Shown here one piece after another: positions 20,143-31,340 of a stretch of 64,000 bases of DNA. A program made the position numbers and the translations under genes. Below the pieces are notes generated by a model. It saw only the letters and a list, made by a program, of their open reading frames with translations. It was not told where the DNA came from and did no database searches. The first letter of the stretch is position 1; each line of letters opens with the position of its first letter. Source of the DNA: Bacteroidales bacterium (lineage in GTDB: Bacteria; Bacteroidota; Bacteroidia; Bacteroidales; UBA3824); assembly GCA_017544805.1 (NCBI GenBank), contig JAFYDK010000056.1, positions 16,973-80,972 on the forward strand, read 5' to 3'.

Positions 20143-21324
20143 TTAAAAATGTCCGTAACCGTATTTTGCAACGGTTTTGTACCAAAGATTTATTTTAATG
20201 CCCATTTGGGTTCTTAAATATGCCAAATGGATAGCATCCGGAATGTACAACTGATTGAAAACTAAGTTCTTGTTGTTTTGGTTGTATTTCGGATTGTTAA
20301 AAGGCTTAATTGTATAACTTGCGGAAGCCTCAGCAAAAAATGTCAGTCTTTTGTAATTAAAATTGATTCTTGCCCCTAAAGATGCTGAATAGTTGAGTTT
20401 GTTTTTTTCTTTCAAATCTATTTTTTCTTTGGTGGCGGCATATTGCTGATTTTCTCCGTATTGTGTTGCGGCCTCGTATTTACTGCTGAAAATATAGTTT
20501 AATTCCGCCCCTAACATAAATTCAGGAACCCATTTTTCTTTTTTAGTCGGGATTGTGCATATAGCATTTATAGGGAACGAAATTATTTTATTAGTTTCCG
20601 AGTAAATAAATTTTGTCATTTCGTGTTCTTCGTTGCGTGTGTATTTTGTCTTGGAATAACGCGAGGCTAACGAAAGGGATAAATATTTTGTTAAATAGAA
20701 TTGCAAACCCGTTTCAAATGATATGCTTTCATCTTCGGAGTATTTAGGACTGATTTTGGTCGTATCTCCGATTATGTGGATTGTATCTACGCTAATATGC
20801 GGATCGATAGCCCCGAAACTAAGCCAAACACCGATTCTCGGTCTTGTGTAATAATTCTCTGTTAGTTGCTGAAACGATACCGGGTCTTCGTCCTTAATTT
20901 TGTAAAAAGGATATTTTTTCGTGAAAAGTACCGTCATGGAATCTGCTTCTTTGTCATAACCTGCTTCTTTAAGTACAGCTATGTAATATCTTAAAAAATA
21001 ATTGTTTTCTTCGTTTGAAAGTTTTGAATTTGCTGCTATTTTTCTTGCAGCCTCCAAAGCATCGGGATATTTGCCGGCCGAATAATTGTGTCTTAGTTTT
21101 AATAAAAGCAAATCGGTCTGTGTTGTCGAGTCATCGACTCTGAAGGTATGTCCGTGAGCATTAAAAATACCGGTTTCGACCTCTTCGCCGTCTTCTACCC
21201 TGTCATCGGACTGAAGATTTTCGAAAATAGGAATGTATTTGTCGGTAGTTTTTAGTGTATCTTCTTGAGCGTTAGAGATTTTTACGCATAAAACAACCGC
21301 TAATATGATAAAAAATTTTCTCAT
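20143..21324 (-). CDS. Hypothetical outer-membrane beta-barrel protein with an N-terminal helical (TPR-like) region
   Basis: Has a signal peptide, a C-terminal alternating-hydrophobic pattern and a terminal ...YGYGHF. Lies 16 nt upstream of the lipoprotein gene. Confidence 0.5.
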   Translation of the reverse strand: MRKFFIILAVVLCVKISNAQEDTLKTTDKYIPIFENLQSDDRVEDGEEVETGIFNAHGHTFRVDDSTTQTDLLLLKLRHNYSAGKYPDALEAARKIAANSKLSNEENNYFLRYYIAVLKEAGYDKEADSMTVLFTKKYPFYKIKDEDPVSFQQLTENYYTRPRIGVWLSFGAIDPHISVDTIHIIGDTTKISPKYSEDESISFETGLQFYLTKYLSLSLASRYSKTKYTRNEEHEMTKFIYSETNKIISFPINAICTIPTKKEKWVPEFMLGAELNYIFSSKYEAATQYGENQQYAATKEKIDLKEKNKLNYSASLGARINFNYKRLTFFAEASASYTIKPFNNPKYNQNNKNLVFNQLYIPDAIHLAYLRTQMGIKINLWYKTVAKYGYGHF

Positions 21325-21423
21325 ACTTTTTGTTTTTAATTTTTTTTACGGTAGAAGATAATTATCAACTTGCGAAGTTAGAAAAAAAAAGGAAAAAAAA
21401 CAAAAGTTTGGTAAAAAATAAAA

Positions 21424-21452
21424 AAGGCTGACTTTTTTTAGATGTCAGCCTT
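21424..21452 (-). terminator. Intrinsic terminator after the GH43 pair
   Basis: AAGGCTGAC (21424-21432) pairs with GTCAGCCTT (21444-21452), with A/T runs on both sides. Confidence 0.7.
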
Positions 21453-21479
21453 TTTTATTAAAAAAACTATGTGTGAAAA

Positions 21480-22925
21480 TTATTGTTTGAAATTCCATTT
21501 AGAATTGTCGCTCTTGAAATCGTATTCTCCTAAAATGGGATTGCTGTCGCTGATAGAATAGATAACGTATTTTTTGTTGATACCATCAACGCCGGGTACT
21601 TTTTTAGGCATAATTCTATATGTTCCGTCCGTTAATTGTTCTATTCTCCAAAGTTGATAATCTGAGCCGCTGAATTTTTCTTCAGCCGTTATTGAAAATC
21701 CTTCCGAGGCGGTCAAAGCTCTGTCTGTACCCTCAATCGTTATTTTGAAATACGGCGAACCTAAATATCCGCTTTGAGAAGAAAGAGGCTCGATTTTCCA
21801 TCTTTGATGAGGACGATTCATGTAGTCGCCCGTACGAACGGCAATTGTACCTTTTGACCAATTTTTTTCTACATCGCTAAGCTTTTGTGTTTCAAGTGAT
21901 TTAATTGGTTCATCGGGATTAATTCTCCAGAAGAATTGTCTTTCTTGTTCCAACCTCTGAAAATCAACGGCTAATTCCAAAGCGTAGCCTCTGCGTTCCG
22001 ATTCTATTTCGTAAATGCCTGATTTAATAGGTGTTCCGACTTTTGGCCAATTATTAACCCAAATCAAAGGTTTTATTGCTAAAACGCTGTGTCCGCTCAT
22101 GTCAAAATCGGCTTCCCAATGGAAAGACATAAGTTCAACGCCTTCATCAACGATAAATCTTCCGAAATGTCCTGCACCTACGGCACGGTTTTCGGCTGCA
22201 ACAACCATTTTGCCGCCGCCTTGTTTCATGTCGCGTCCCATATTGTCCAAATAAGGGCCGGTAACGCTTTTAGAACGTCCTACAACGATGTTGTAAGTAG
22301 AATTAACACCGTCGCAACACGTGCCGTGAGTTCCAAGCAGATAATAATATCCGTCACGATAAATCAAATCCGTTGCCTCACAGTCAATTGCGATGTCCAA
22401 AGCTTGGTTGCCGGCTTTACGTTTTCCTGTTTCGGGGTCAAGTTCTATTAAGCGGATATTTCCGAAATATGTTCCGTAGCTTACCCACAAGCGTCCTGTT
22501 GTCGGGTCTAACAAAACGCCCGGGTCGATGGCATCGCAGTCTTCAAAGCCGTCAGAGGCGGCAACCTCTTGAGCCGTAGTGAATTTAAAATCAGGCGATT
22601 TCGGGTCTAACGTTTTGTTCCACATAGTCATAATTTTGCCGTAATGTCCGCCGCCGAGTCCGCCGCCCGTTGAGCTGTAAAGCACTAAATAACGGTCTTT
22701 AATTTTTATGACATCGGGAGCAGCACCGCCGCCCGGACGCTCTGCACCGCCTTTCCAAACATAGCCGTCTTCTGAAATCAATCCGCCGCCGCCCGTTCCG
22801 AAAGTATAATATTTACCTTCACATTCGGCTATCGTTGATGGGTCGTGTATGTATGGTGCGCCTGTCTGTGCCGATAAAACGCCGCTGAGCGACACCGTTA
22901 TAATAGAAAATAAAAATTTTTTCAT
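21480..22925 (-). CDS. Glycoside hydrolase family 43 (arabinanase-like) with a C-terminal ricin-type (QxW) lectin domain
   Basis: Has a signal peptide and a five-bladed propeller-type N-terminal region (IHDPS, WVSYGTY, DPG). The C-terminus has QRWKIEP and YQLWRIEQ repeats. Confidence 0.8.
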   Translation of the reverse strand: MKKFLFSIITVSLSGVLSAQTGAPYIHDPSTIAECEGKYYTFGTGGGGLISEDGYVWKGGAERPGGGAAPDVIKIKDRYLVLYSSTGGGLGGGHYGKIMTMWNKTLDPKSPDFKFTTAQEVAASDGFEDCDAIDPGVLLDPTTGRLWVSYGTYFGNIRLIELDPETGKRKAGNQALDIAIDCEATDLIYRDGYYYLLGTHGTCCDGVNSTYNIVVGRSKSVTGPYLDNMGRDMKQGGGKMVVAAENRAVGAGHFGRFIVDEGVELMSFHWEADFDMSGHSVLAIKPLIWVNNWPKVGTPIKSGIYEIESERRGYALELAVDFQRLEQERQFFWRINPDEPIKSLETQKLSDVEKNWSKGTIAVRTGDYMNRPHQRWKIEPLSSQSGYLGSPYFKITIEGTDRALTASEGFSITAEEKFSGSDYQLWRIEQLTDGTYRIMPKKVPGVDGINKKYVIYSISDSNPILGEYDFKSDNSKWNFKQ

Positions 22926-22928
22926 CGT

Positions 22929-24908
22929 TTATTTAATAGTAAAATCAGTTATTGCATTACCTTTTTTATCAACAAATCTTACGCAAAAATCGCTCATTCC
23001 GGGGCCGTTGATAATTGCTCCCCTTAAAACGTTAACGCCTTTTTTTAAGGTAACAACTTTTGAAGCGCAGTCGTCTTTTACCATTCTTCTGTCGCCTGAC
23101 ATCAAAAGAATTTCCTCTCCGTTGAGATACCATGCTGAGGCCGAATTGCTGCCTGCTAAAAGTCGTACGTCAGCGATTTCCTTGTCGCAATAAATTTCCG
23201 TAACTGCCGAAAACAATACACCGTAAACGGGTTTGTTGTAACTTTCTGCAAAACGGAAAAGTTTTACGTTGTAGTTTTCGCTATCGGTTTTGTGCCAGAT
23301 AAGGTTTTGATTGCCGTATTTAACTTTTTGATTATTAACGGGAACTTTATCAAATAATTTTAAGTAGTTAGCCTCGTTGAAGGTTTTTTCAAGATAAGAG
23401 TCCACAAAAATTACGTTGGTATTAATACCGTTAGTAATCGGTTCCAACAATAACCAACGCTTTAAGAAACCGTCTTTATCTGGTTTACTTTCAGCGGTTT
23501 TTGGTTCTGAAAAATATTTTTCTTTGTTTTTGAACTGAACGTAATCAACCGTTACCGCCTCGCCCTCGCAGACTATACAAATGTCGGTGATTCCTTTAGG
23601 AGTGTATTTAAGCGGTGCTGTTACCGTTAAATATTGTCCGCTGTAATCTCTTTTGAACTGACCTTCGGTAATGCAAATAACATCGGCACCGGCGATGATT
23701 TTGCCCGAAGAGTTTTTCTCACGGATAGTGAATTTTGTGTTTTTGTTGGCTTTGACAGCTGCCGTAAAATAGCCGTCTTTGATATTAGAAAAATCAACGT
23801 CGCTGAAAGTTACGTAACTTCCTTTTTTGTCAAGTGTAACTTCCCATCCTAAGAATCTGTCTGTTGTGTCTAAGAAGTTGATTTTAACATCGTTAGATGC
23901 ACTTGAGTAACGGTCTACTTGAAGTTTTGAAAGCGCATCAACAGTGCCTACTCCGCGCAAAGTCGGCTTTACTTCTTGAATCGTTCCGTCCGGATTGAAA
24001 AAGAGTTTTTCTATTCTCACGCTGCGTCTTTTGTCGTCTTGAGGCGAGTAGTCGTTGTGATGATAAAACAAATACCATTGGCCTTTGTAATTGATGATTG
24101 AATGATGGTTTGTCCAACAACCCGAGGCATGTTCTTTCATTATTAGACCTTTGTATTGGTATGGACCCATCGGGTTTTTGCTCATTGCATAGCCTAAAAC
24201 TTCAGTATTTTCTCTAACGTAAGGGTAGGTCAAGTAATAATTGCCGTTGTATTCAAATGCGAACGGGCCTTCAGCTTGTCTTGAGGGTGAGTCTTTAAGA
24301 CAATTAACTCCGCTCATTTGAAATTCTCTGTCACCGAATTTAACGGTTTCAGTCGGGGTATCGTCTTCGATTTCCGTCATGTTGTCTTTTAGTTTTGCGC
24401 AACGTCCGGGTCCCCAAAAAATATAAGCATTGCCGTCAGAGGCTAAAAGAACGCAAGGATCAATACCGCTGATGCCTTTGATGTTGCTTTCAACGGGTTT
24501 GAAAGGTCCTTCGGGAGAGTCGGCTATTGCAACGCCAATACCGAAACCCATACCTTCTTTTACTCCGTCGGGAAAATAAAAATAATATTTGCCGTTACGG
24601 TAGACACAATCGGGAGCCCACATACTGTAACCGTTAGGATTGCCCCACGGCACGTCTTTTTGATTGAGGATAACACCGTGGTCTGTCCACTCTGTTAAAT
24701 TTTCGGACGAGAAGACGTGATAGTCTTCCATGCAAAACCAGTCTTTGCGCTGTCCTTGAGGTGCAGGAATATCGTGCGAGGGATAGAGATAAACTTTTCC
24801 GTTGAACACCCTCGCTGTAGGGTCGGCTGTAAATTGTCCGCTGATAATCGGATTTTGAGCCGAAACACCTCCCGCTAATAACATAAATGCAAGTAGTGAT
24901 TTTTTCAT
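22929..24908 (-). CDS. Glycoside hydrolase family 43 (beta-xylosidase/alpha-L-arabinofuranosidase-like) with CBM6-like and extra C-terminal domains
   Basis: Has a signal peptide. FTADPTARVFNGKVYLYPSHD, MWAPDC and EGPF are typical GH43 catalytic motifs, followed by a ~330-aa beta-sandwich-like extension. Confidence 0.8.
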   Translation of the reverse strand: MKKSLLAFMLLAGGVSAQNPIISGQFTADPTARVFNGKVYLYPSHDIPAPQGQRKDWFCMEDYHVFSSENLTEWTDHGVILNQKDVPWGNPNGYSMWAPDCVYRNGKYYFYFPDGVKEGMGFGIGVAIADSPEGPFKPVESNIKGISGIDPCVLLASDGNAYIFWGPGRCAKLKDNMTEIEDDTPTETVKFGDREFQMSGVNCLKDSPSRQAEGPFAFEYNGNYYLTYPYVRENTEVLGYAMSKNPMGPYQYKGLIMKEHASGCWTNHHSIINYKGQWYLFYHHNDYSPQDDKRRSVRIEKLFFNPDGTIQEVKPTLRGVGTVDALSKLQVDRYSSASNDVKINFLDTTDRFLGWEVTLDKKGSYVTFSDVDFSNIKDGYFTAAVKANKNTKFTIREKNSSGKIIAGADVICITEGQFKRDYSGQYLTVTAPLKYTPKGITDICIVCEGEAVTVDYVQFKNKEKYFSEPKTAESKPDKDGFLKRWLLLEPITNGINTNVIFVDSYLEKTFNEANYLKLFDKVPVNNQKVKYGNQNLIWHKTDSENYNVKLFRFAESYNKPVYGVLFSAVTEIYCDKEIADVRLLAGSNSASAWYLNGEEILLMSGDRRMVKDDCASKVVTLKKGVNVLRGAIINGPGMSDFCVRFVDKKGNAITDFTIK

Positions 24909-25070
24909 TTGTAATTGTTAAAAAAAATATTTGCTAAAATTATATCTTTTTTTGCATCGGAAAGTTATGTTTATGTTTCAAAATTTAATATTTTGGTAAT
25001 ATTTCGCAGCATAAAAACCAAATTTCTTAATTTATGAAAGATAGTCTCTTCTAATTTTAGGAAAAACATA

Positions 25071-25114
25071 AAAAAAACGGTTGCCTAAAATCTTTTTAGG
25101 CAACCGTTTTTTTT
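25071..25114 (-). terminator. Intrinsic terminator after gpmI (symmetric, could act both ways)
   Basis: ACGGTTGCCTAAAA (25077-25090) pairs with TTTTAGGCAACCGT (25094-25107) around a 3-nt loop, flanked by A7 and T8. Confidence 0.85.
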
Positions 25115-25133
25115 ATGTAAAATGGATGTTTGA

Positions 25134-26669
25134 TTAGTCAGTAATCAAATCGTGTCCTGTCATTTCTTTGGGTTGTTCAAGTCCCATGATGTGGAGAATT
25201 GAAGGAGCAACGTCTGCTAAAACGCCGTCTTTAACCTTTGCATTTTTGTTTTCAGTAACATAGATGAACGGTACGGGGTTCAAAGAGTGGGCAGTGTTAG
25301 GCGTGCCGTCAGGGTTCAAAGCGTTGTCGGCGTTGCCGTGGTCAGCGATGATAATAGTCTCGTAATCAGCAGCTTTTGCAGCCTCTACTACGTCTTTAAC
25401 GCAGTTATCAACAGCAACTACCGCTTTTTCGATTGCTGAATATACGCCAGTGTGTCCGACCATATCGCCGTTAGCAAAGTTAACAACAATCCAATCGTAT
25501 TTCTTTGTACCGATAGCCTCAACCAATTTGTCTTTTACCTCGTAAGCTGACATTTCGGGTTTGAGGTCGTAGGTTGCAACTTTCGGAGAGTTAACCAAAA
25601 TTCTGTCTTCGCCCTCGTAAGGAGCTTCACGTCCACCGTTAAAGAAGAATGTAACGTGAGCGTATTTTTCAGTTTCTGCGGTGTGGAGTTGTTTCAAACC
25701 TTTTGACGAAATATATTCACCGAGAGTGTTTTCAACGTTTTCTTTCGGGAAAAGAATGTGAACACCTTTGAAAGAAGCGTCGTAAGGAGTCATGCAATAA
25801 TATTGCAAATCCTTAACCGTCTTCATGCCTTGTTCGGGCATATCTTGCTGCGTTAAAACAACGGTGAGTTCTTTTGCGCGGTCGTTTCTGTAATTGAAGA
25901 AAATTACAACGTCGCCTTCTTTAATTGTGCCGTCAATGTTAGAATTAACGAGGGGTTCCATAAATTCGTCAGTGTTTTTATGTTCCTCAGTATGAGAATC
26001 ATAACAAGACTGAACACCCTGAACCATATCAGAAACTTTTCTACCTTTGCCTTCGATTAACTGATCGTAAGCAACTTTTATTCTGTCCCAACGTTTGTCG
26101 CGATCCATTGCATAAAAACGTCCGATAATAGAAGCAATATGTCCGCAACCTACTGTATCAATATGTTTTTGAAGGTCGGCGATGAAACCTTTTCCTGATT
26201 TCGGGTCTGTGTCCCTACCGTCCATGAAACAATGAACGAAAGTATTTTTAATACCGTAAACTTTCGCAATATCAATGAGTTTGAAGAGGTGATCTAAAGA
26301 AGAATGTACACCACCGGTAGATGTTAAACCCATAAGATGAACGCTTTTGTTGTTTTTTTGAGCGTAACCGTAAGCGTTTTTGATTTCAGGGTTTTCCAAA
26401 ATAGAATTGTCCTTGCAAGCGCGATTGATTTTTACGAGGTCTTGATAAACGATTCTTCCACCGCCGATATTAAGGTGTCCTACTTCGGAATTACCCATTT
26501 GACCATCGGGAAGACCTACGTTTTCGCCGCAAGTTAAAAGTTGTGAATGAGGATAATTTGCGTTAAGATAATCCATATAAGGGGTAGGCGTTTGATAGAT
26601 AACGTCGCCTTTGCCCTTATTGCCGATACCCCAGCCGTCGAGTATCATTAAAAGTGCTTTTTTTGCCAT
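25134..26669 (-). CDS. gpmI: 2,3-bisphosphoglycerate-independent phosphoglycerate mutase
   Basis: 511 aa with [16 protein letters not shown](I)GGGR and ADHGNAD motifs. Confidence 0.93.
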   Translation of the reverse strand: MAKKALLMILDGWGIGNKGKGDVIYQTPTPYMDYLNANYPHSQLLTCGENVGLPDGQMGNSEVGHLNIGGGRIVYQDLVKINRACKDNSILENPEIKNAYGYAQKNNKSVHLMGLTSTGGVHSSLDHLFKLIDIAKVYGIKNTFVHCFMDGRDTDPKSGKGFIADLQKHIDTVGCGHIASIIGRFYAMDRDKRWDRIKVAYDQLIEGKGRKVSDMVQGVQSCYDSHTEEHKNTDEFMEPLVNSNIDGTIKEGDVVIFFNYRNDRAKELTVVLTQQDMPEQGMKTVKDLQYYCMTPYDASFKGVHILFPKENVENTLGEYISSKGLKQLHTAETEKYAHVTFFFNGGREAPYEGEDRILVNSPKVATYDLKPEMSAYEVKDKLVEAIGTKKYDWIVVNFANGDMVGHTGVYSAIEKAVVAVDNCVKDVVEAAKAADYETIIIADHGNADNALNPDGTPNTAHSLNPVPFIYVTENKNAKVKDGVLADVAPSILHIMGLEQPKEMTGHDLITD

Positions 26670-26704
26670 TTCAAATTTCGTTTTAAATAATTTTTTTTAC
26701 GATG

Positions 26705-26712
26705 CAAAGTTA
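26705..26712 (-). promoter_or_regulatory. Bacteroidota -7 box (TAacTTTG) for gpmI
   Basis: Plus-strand CAAAGTTA lies 36 nt upstream of the gpmI ATG. Confidence 0.45.
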
Positions 26713-26732
26713 GTAATTTTTTTCTATAAAGA

Positions 26733-26775
26733 AACCTCCCGAAATATTTTCGTAGAAAAAATATTTCGGGAGGTT
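26733..26775 (-). terminator. Intrinsic terminator after rpsT
   Basis: 18-bp stem: AACCTCCCGAAATATTTT (26733-26750) pairs with AAAATATTTCGGGAGGTT (26758-26775). Confidence 0.75.
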
Positions 26776-26822
26776 ATCTTTCTTTAGAAGAATCTTTTAT
26801 TTCTTTTCAATTCATATAGAAG

Positions 26823-27077
26823 TTATGCCAGACTGCTGACATGATGCTGCAATTTTGATTTCAAATTACTTGCTTTGTTTTTGTGAATGATGTTCTTTTT
26901 AGCAAGTTTGTCAATCATTTTGAATACACCGGGAAGGCTTTGAGCAGCTTCTTCTTTGTTGTCGTTTGCGCGCAATTTTCTTACTGCATTACGCATAGTA
27001 AGAGCATAATAGCGGTTGCGAAGTCTGATAGCTTCGTCCTGTCTGATTCTCTTTTTTGCTGAATGATGATGAGCCAT
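26823..27077 (-). CDS. rpsT: 30S ribosomal protein S20
   Basis: 84 aa, basic. The [13 protein letters not shown] start and the IHKNKA motif are typical of S20. Confidence 0.9.
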   Translation of the reverse strand: MAHHHSAKKRIRQDEAIRLRNRYYALTMRNAVRKLRANDNKEEAAQSLPGVFKMIDKLAKKNIIHKNKASNLKSKLQHHVSSLA

Positions 27078-27255
27078 TTCTTTTTTAACTTTTATCTTTT
27101 TTAACTTAATTAATTATTTACTAACGATTTAACTATTAAAAATGTAGATACTTTAATAGTTTTTTTCAGTCTGCAAAGTAATAAATAATAATTCAATTAA
27201 ACAAATTTTTTTTTAAGTTTGAAGTTTTTTTTTTAGAATTGCAAAAAAAAGTTGT

Positions 27256-28005
27256 ATGTCAAAACCGAAAATATCTGTTATAACGGTTGTCTTCAATAGC
27301 GAAAAATTCATTGAGGAAACGATTAAAAGTATTATAAATCAAGATTACGGCAATCTTGAATACATAATTATTGACGGAAAAAGCACCGATAGAACGATGG
27401 AAATCGTTGAAAAATATTCGGAAAAAATTTCAAAAATTATTTCTGAAAATGATTCCGGCTTGTACGATGCTATGAATAAAGGTCTTAGAATTTCCACCGG
27501 AGATTTTGTAATGTTTATTAATAGTGGGGATAGACTTGCAGGCGGAAAAGTTTTGAGTGAAATTTTTTCTAATCTTTCGGGAGATGAAGATGTTATTTAT
27601 GGAGATACGGATATAATTGATTTTCAAGGGAATATTATTCATTCCCGCCGTCATCGCCCGCCCGAAAACTTACGCAAAAAGGATTTTTTGAAAGGAATGT
27701 TAGTCTGTCATCAATCCTTTATTGCAAGACGGGAACTTTGCGAAGGATATGATTTAACTTACAGATATGCTGCTGATTACGATTGGTGCTTGAGGGTTTT
27801 GGAAAAGTCCTCGAAAAATTTTAATTCTCATAAAACAATTTCGCTTTTTATGGAAGGCGGTCAAACGCAAAAAACTATTGTTCCCGGTCTGAAAGAGCGT
27901 TATAAGATAATGTGTAGGCATTTCGGATGGTTTAGGGCAACATTTTGGAACGGAATCTTGGCTATAAAATTCTTTTGGTGGATTTTGTTTCATAAATGGT
28001 TTTAA
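27256..28005 (+). CDS. Glycosyltransferase family 2
   Basis: ISVITVVFNSEKFIEETIKSIINQDY plus DGKSTD and NSGD (DxD-like) motifs. Confidence 0.8.
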   Translation: MSKPKISVITVVFNSEKFIEETIKSIINQDYGNLEYIIIDGKSTDRTMEIVEKYSEKISKIISENDSGLYDAMNKGLRISTGDFVMFINSGDRLAGGKVLSEIFSNLSGDEDVIYGDTDIIDFQGNIIHSRRHRPPENLRKKDFLKGMLVCHQSFIARRELCEGYDLTYRYAADYDWCLRVLEKSSKNFNSHKTISLFMEGGQTQKTIVPGLKERYKIMCRHFGWFRATFWNGILAIKFFWWILFHKWF

Positions 28006-28142
28006 TTGTATCATTAACATTTATTATAAACAATTTAAACCGATTAACAAAAAATCTTTGTTATTTTGCAGTATCAAAATTTTAAGATTGTCTTTTCATA
28101 ATATTGGTTTAAGTTGGTATTAGTAATTATTTATTAAAAATT

Positions 28143-28179
28143 AAAAGACCGATTCAATAAAATGAACCGGTCTTTTTTT
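28143..28179. terminator. Bidirectional terminator-like hairpin
   Basis: AAAAGACCG (28143-28151) pairs with CGGTCTTTT (28168-28176), with a T-run after it and an A/T-rich region before it. Confidence 0.6.
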
Positions 28180-28203
28180 ATTATAAATAATGTAGAAATC
28201 TTA

Positions 28204-28656
28204 TTATTTATTACCGTTACCATTACCGTTACCATGACCATTGCCATGACCATTACCATGACCGTGTTCCTCATGACGTTTTTTTATGTTCTCTTCCCAT
28301 TTTGCAACTTGCTCATCCGTTAAGATGGCTTTGAATTTAGTGTTGTATTCTTCGTGTTTTGCTTTACGGGCTTCAAATTCGGCTTTTTGTTCGTCAGTGA
28401 GTTCGGTTTTTTTGCCGTTACCGGGTTTGCCGTCTTTGTTAGGACCGCCGTGATGACCTTTATGTTCTGCAAAAAAATCAGCATATTCTTCGTTTAGAGC
28501 TAATACTTTTGCTTTTTGGTCGTCTGTAAGATTCAACTCTTTGGCTAATTTTTCAACCATTTGAGCCGGTGTTGGTCTTTCATGTTTTTCTCCGTTTTGC
28601 GCACTTACATTGAACGCAAACGCGGCAAAAGCTGCTAATAATAAGATTTTTTTCAT
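28204..28656 (-). CDS. Periplasmic DUF4890-like helical protein with a His/Gly/Asn repeat tail
   Basis: Has a signal peptide and repeated LTDDQK/LTDEQK motifs. The C-terminus is HEEHGHGNGHGNGHGNGNGNGNK. Confidence 0.55.
   Translation of the reverse strand: MKKILLLAAFAAFAFNVSAQNGEKHERPTPAQMVEKLAKELNLTDDQKAKVLALNEEYADFFAEHKGHHGGPNKDGKPGNGKKTELTDEQKAEFEARKAKHEEYNTKFKAILTDEQVAKWEENIKKRHEEHGHGNGHGNGHGNGNGNGNK
28210..28266 (-). repeat. Coding hexanucleotide repeat (GHGN/GNGN tail)
   Basis: Tandem CCATTACC/CCGTTACC/CCATGACC units are visible at 28210-28266. Confidence 0.7.
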
Positions 28657-28669
28657 TGTTATACTAATT

Positions 28670-28903
28670 TTAGTTTACTAAAATGTTTACTTTGTTGTTG
28701 CTGCATTCCACTAAGCCGCCGCTGACATCAAAAAATTGTTCGCTGCTTTTATTTTTGACTTTTATTTTGCCCTTTGTCAGCGATGAAATGATTGCAGCGT
28801 GGTTTTGTAGAATTTCAAATGCACCTTTTACACCCGGTAGGCTGATTAATTCAGCCTCTCCGGAGTAAATTATGCTTTCTGGTGAAATTATTTCTACTTT
28901 CAT
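28670..28903 (-). CDS. atpC: F0F1 ATP synthase subunit epsilon
   Basis: 77 aa directly downstream of atpD. It has the N-terminal beta-sandwich-type sequence (VEIISPE...YSGEA..ISLPG..G.FEIL.NHA). Confidence 0.8.
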   Translation of the reverse strand: MKVEIISPESIIYSGEAELISLPGVKGAFEILQNHAAIISSLTKGKIKVKNKSSEQFFDVSGGLVECSNNKVNILVN

Positions 28904-28905
28904 AA

Positions 28906-30417
<1,512 letters not shown>

Positions 30418-30448
30418 TCAATGTTTTTTTAATGCATATTCTTTGAGC

Positions 30449-30456
30449 CAAATTTA
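30449..30456 (-). promoter_or_regulatory. Bacteroidota -7 box (TAaaTTTG) for atpDC
   Basis: Plus-strand CAAATTTA lies 35 nt upstream of the atpD ATG. Confidence 0.45.
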
Positions 30457-30596
30457 TGAATTTTTTTTCGTCTTAACCAAATATTTTTTCAAAAAAAATT
30501 AATATTTTTTTATCCTTAACTTTTAATTTGATGTTTTTTAGATAGTTATGAACTGTTATTTTAATTTATTAAAAACTTTTGATTTTAAGATTTTCT

Positions 30597-31340
30597 TTAC
30601 ATATATTCTGTTTTTAATAACATTAAACCTTGCGCCGGAGCGGTGAAACCTGCGTTTTGACGGTTTTTGCTCTCTAAAATTTTCTTAATATCTGATAATG
30701 AAATATTTAGATTGCCAACTTCGATTAATGTTCCTGTTAAAATTCTAACCATGTTTTGTAAAAATCCATCGCCGGTATAGTCTATAACAATTTCATTTTC
30801 AGTTTCTTGTATCGAAATAGAGAAAATTTCCCTAACCGAACTTTTTTTGAAATGAGGATTGCCGCAAAAGGCTTTGAAATCGTGTTTGCCGATTAAAATT
30901 TCAGAGGCTTTCCGCATTAAATTAACGTCCAATTTTTTTTCGCTGTAATTATAAACGTATTTTCTTTCAAAAACTTCCGGAATTTCAGAAGTGTGGATTC
31001 TGTAACGGTAAGTCTTTGATTTACAAGAAAAACGGGCGTGAAAATTCTCCTCTGCCTTTTCAATGGTATTAACTGCAATATCCTCAGGAAGATATTTGTT
31101 GAGATATTTTAAAATTTCCGCCTCTTTGAAACCTTCTTTTAAACGAAAAGAAGCAGTTTGTTGTTTTGCGTGAACGCCGCTATCGGTGCGTCCGCTGCCT
31201 ATAACTTCGATTTTTTCACCGGCAAGTTTGGTTAGTACTTCGGAAATTTTGCCTTGAATAGTTACCGATTTGTCCCTTTGAATTTGCCAGCCGTTATATC
31301 TTGTGCCCTCGTATGAGATTGTGATTTTGTAGTTTTGCAT
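30597..31340 (-). CDS. truA: tRNA pseudouridine(38-40) synthase
   Basis: YEGTRYNGWQ, the catalytic GSGRTDSGVHA and RYRI motifs. Confidence 0.9.
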   Translation of the reverse strand: MQNYKITISYEGTRYNGWQIQRDKSVTIQGKISEVLTKLAGEKIEVIGSGRTDSGVHAKQQTASFRLKEGFKEAEILKYLNKYLPEDIAVNTIEKAEENFHARFSCKSKTYRYRIHTSEIPEVFERKYVYNYSEKKLDVNLMRKASEILIGKHDFKAFCGNPHFKKSSVREIFSISIQETENEIVIDYTGDGFLQNMVRILTGTLIEVGNLNISLSDIKKILESKNRQNAGFTAPAQGLMLLKTEYM

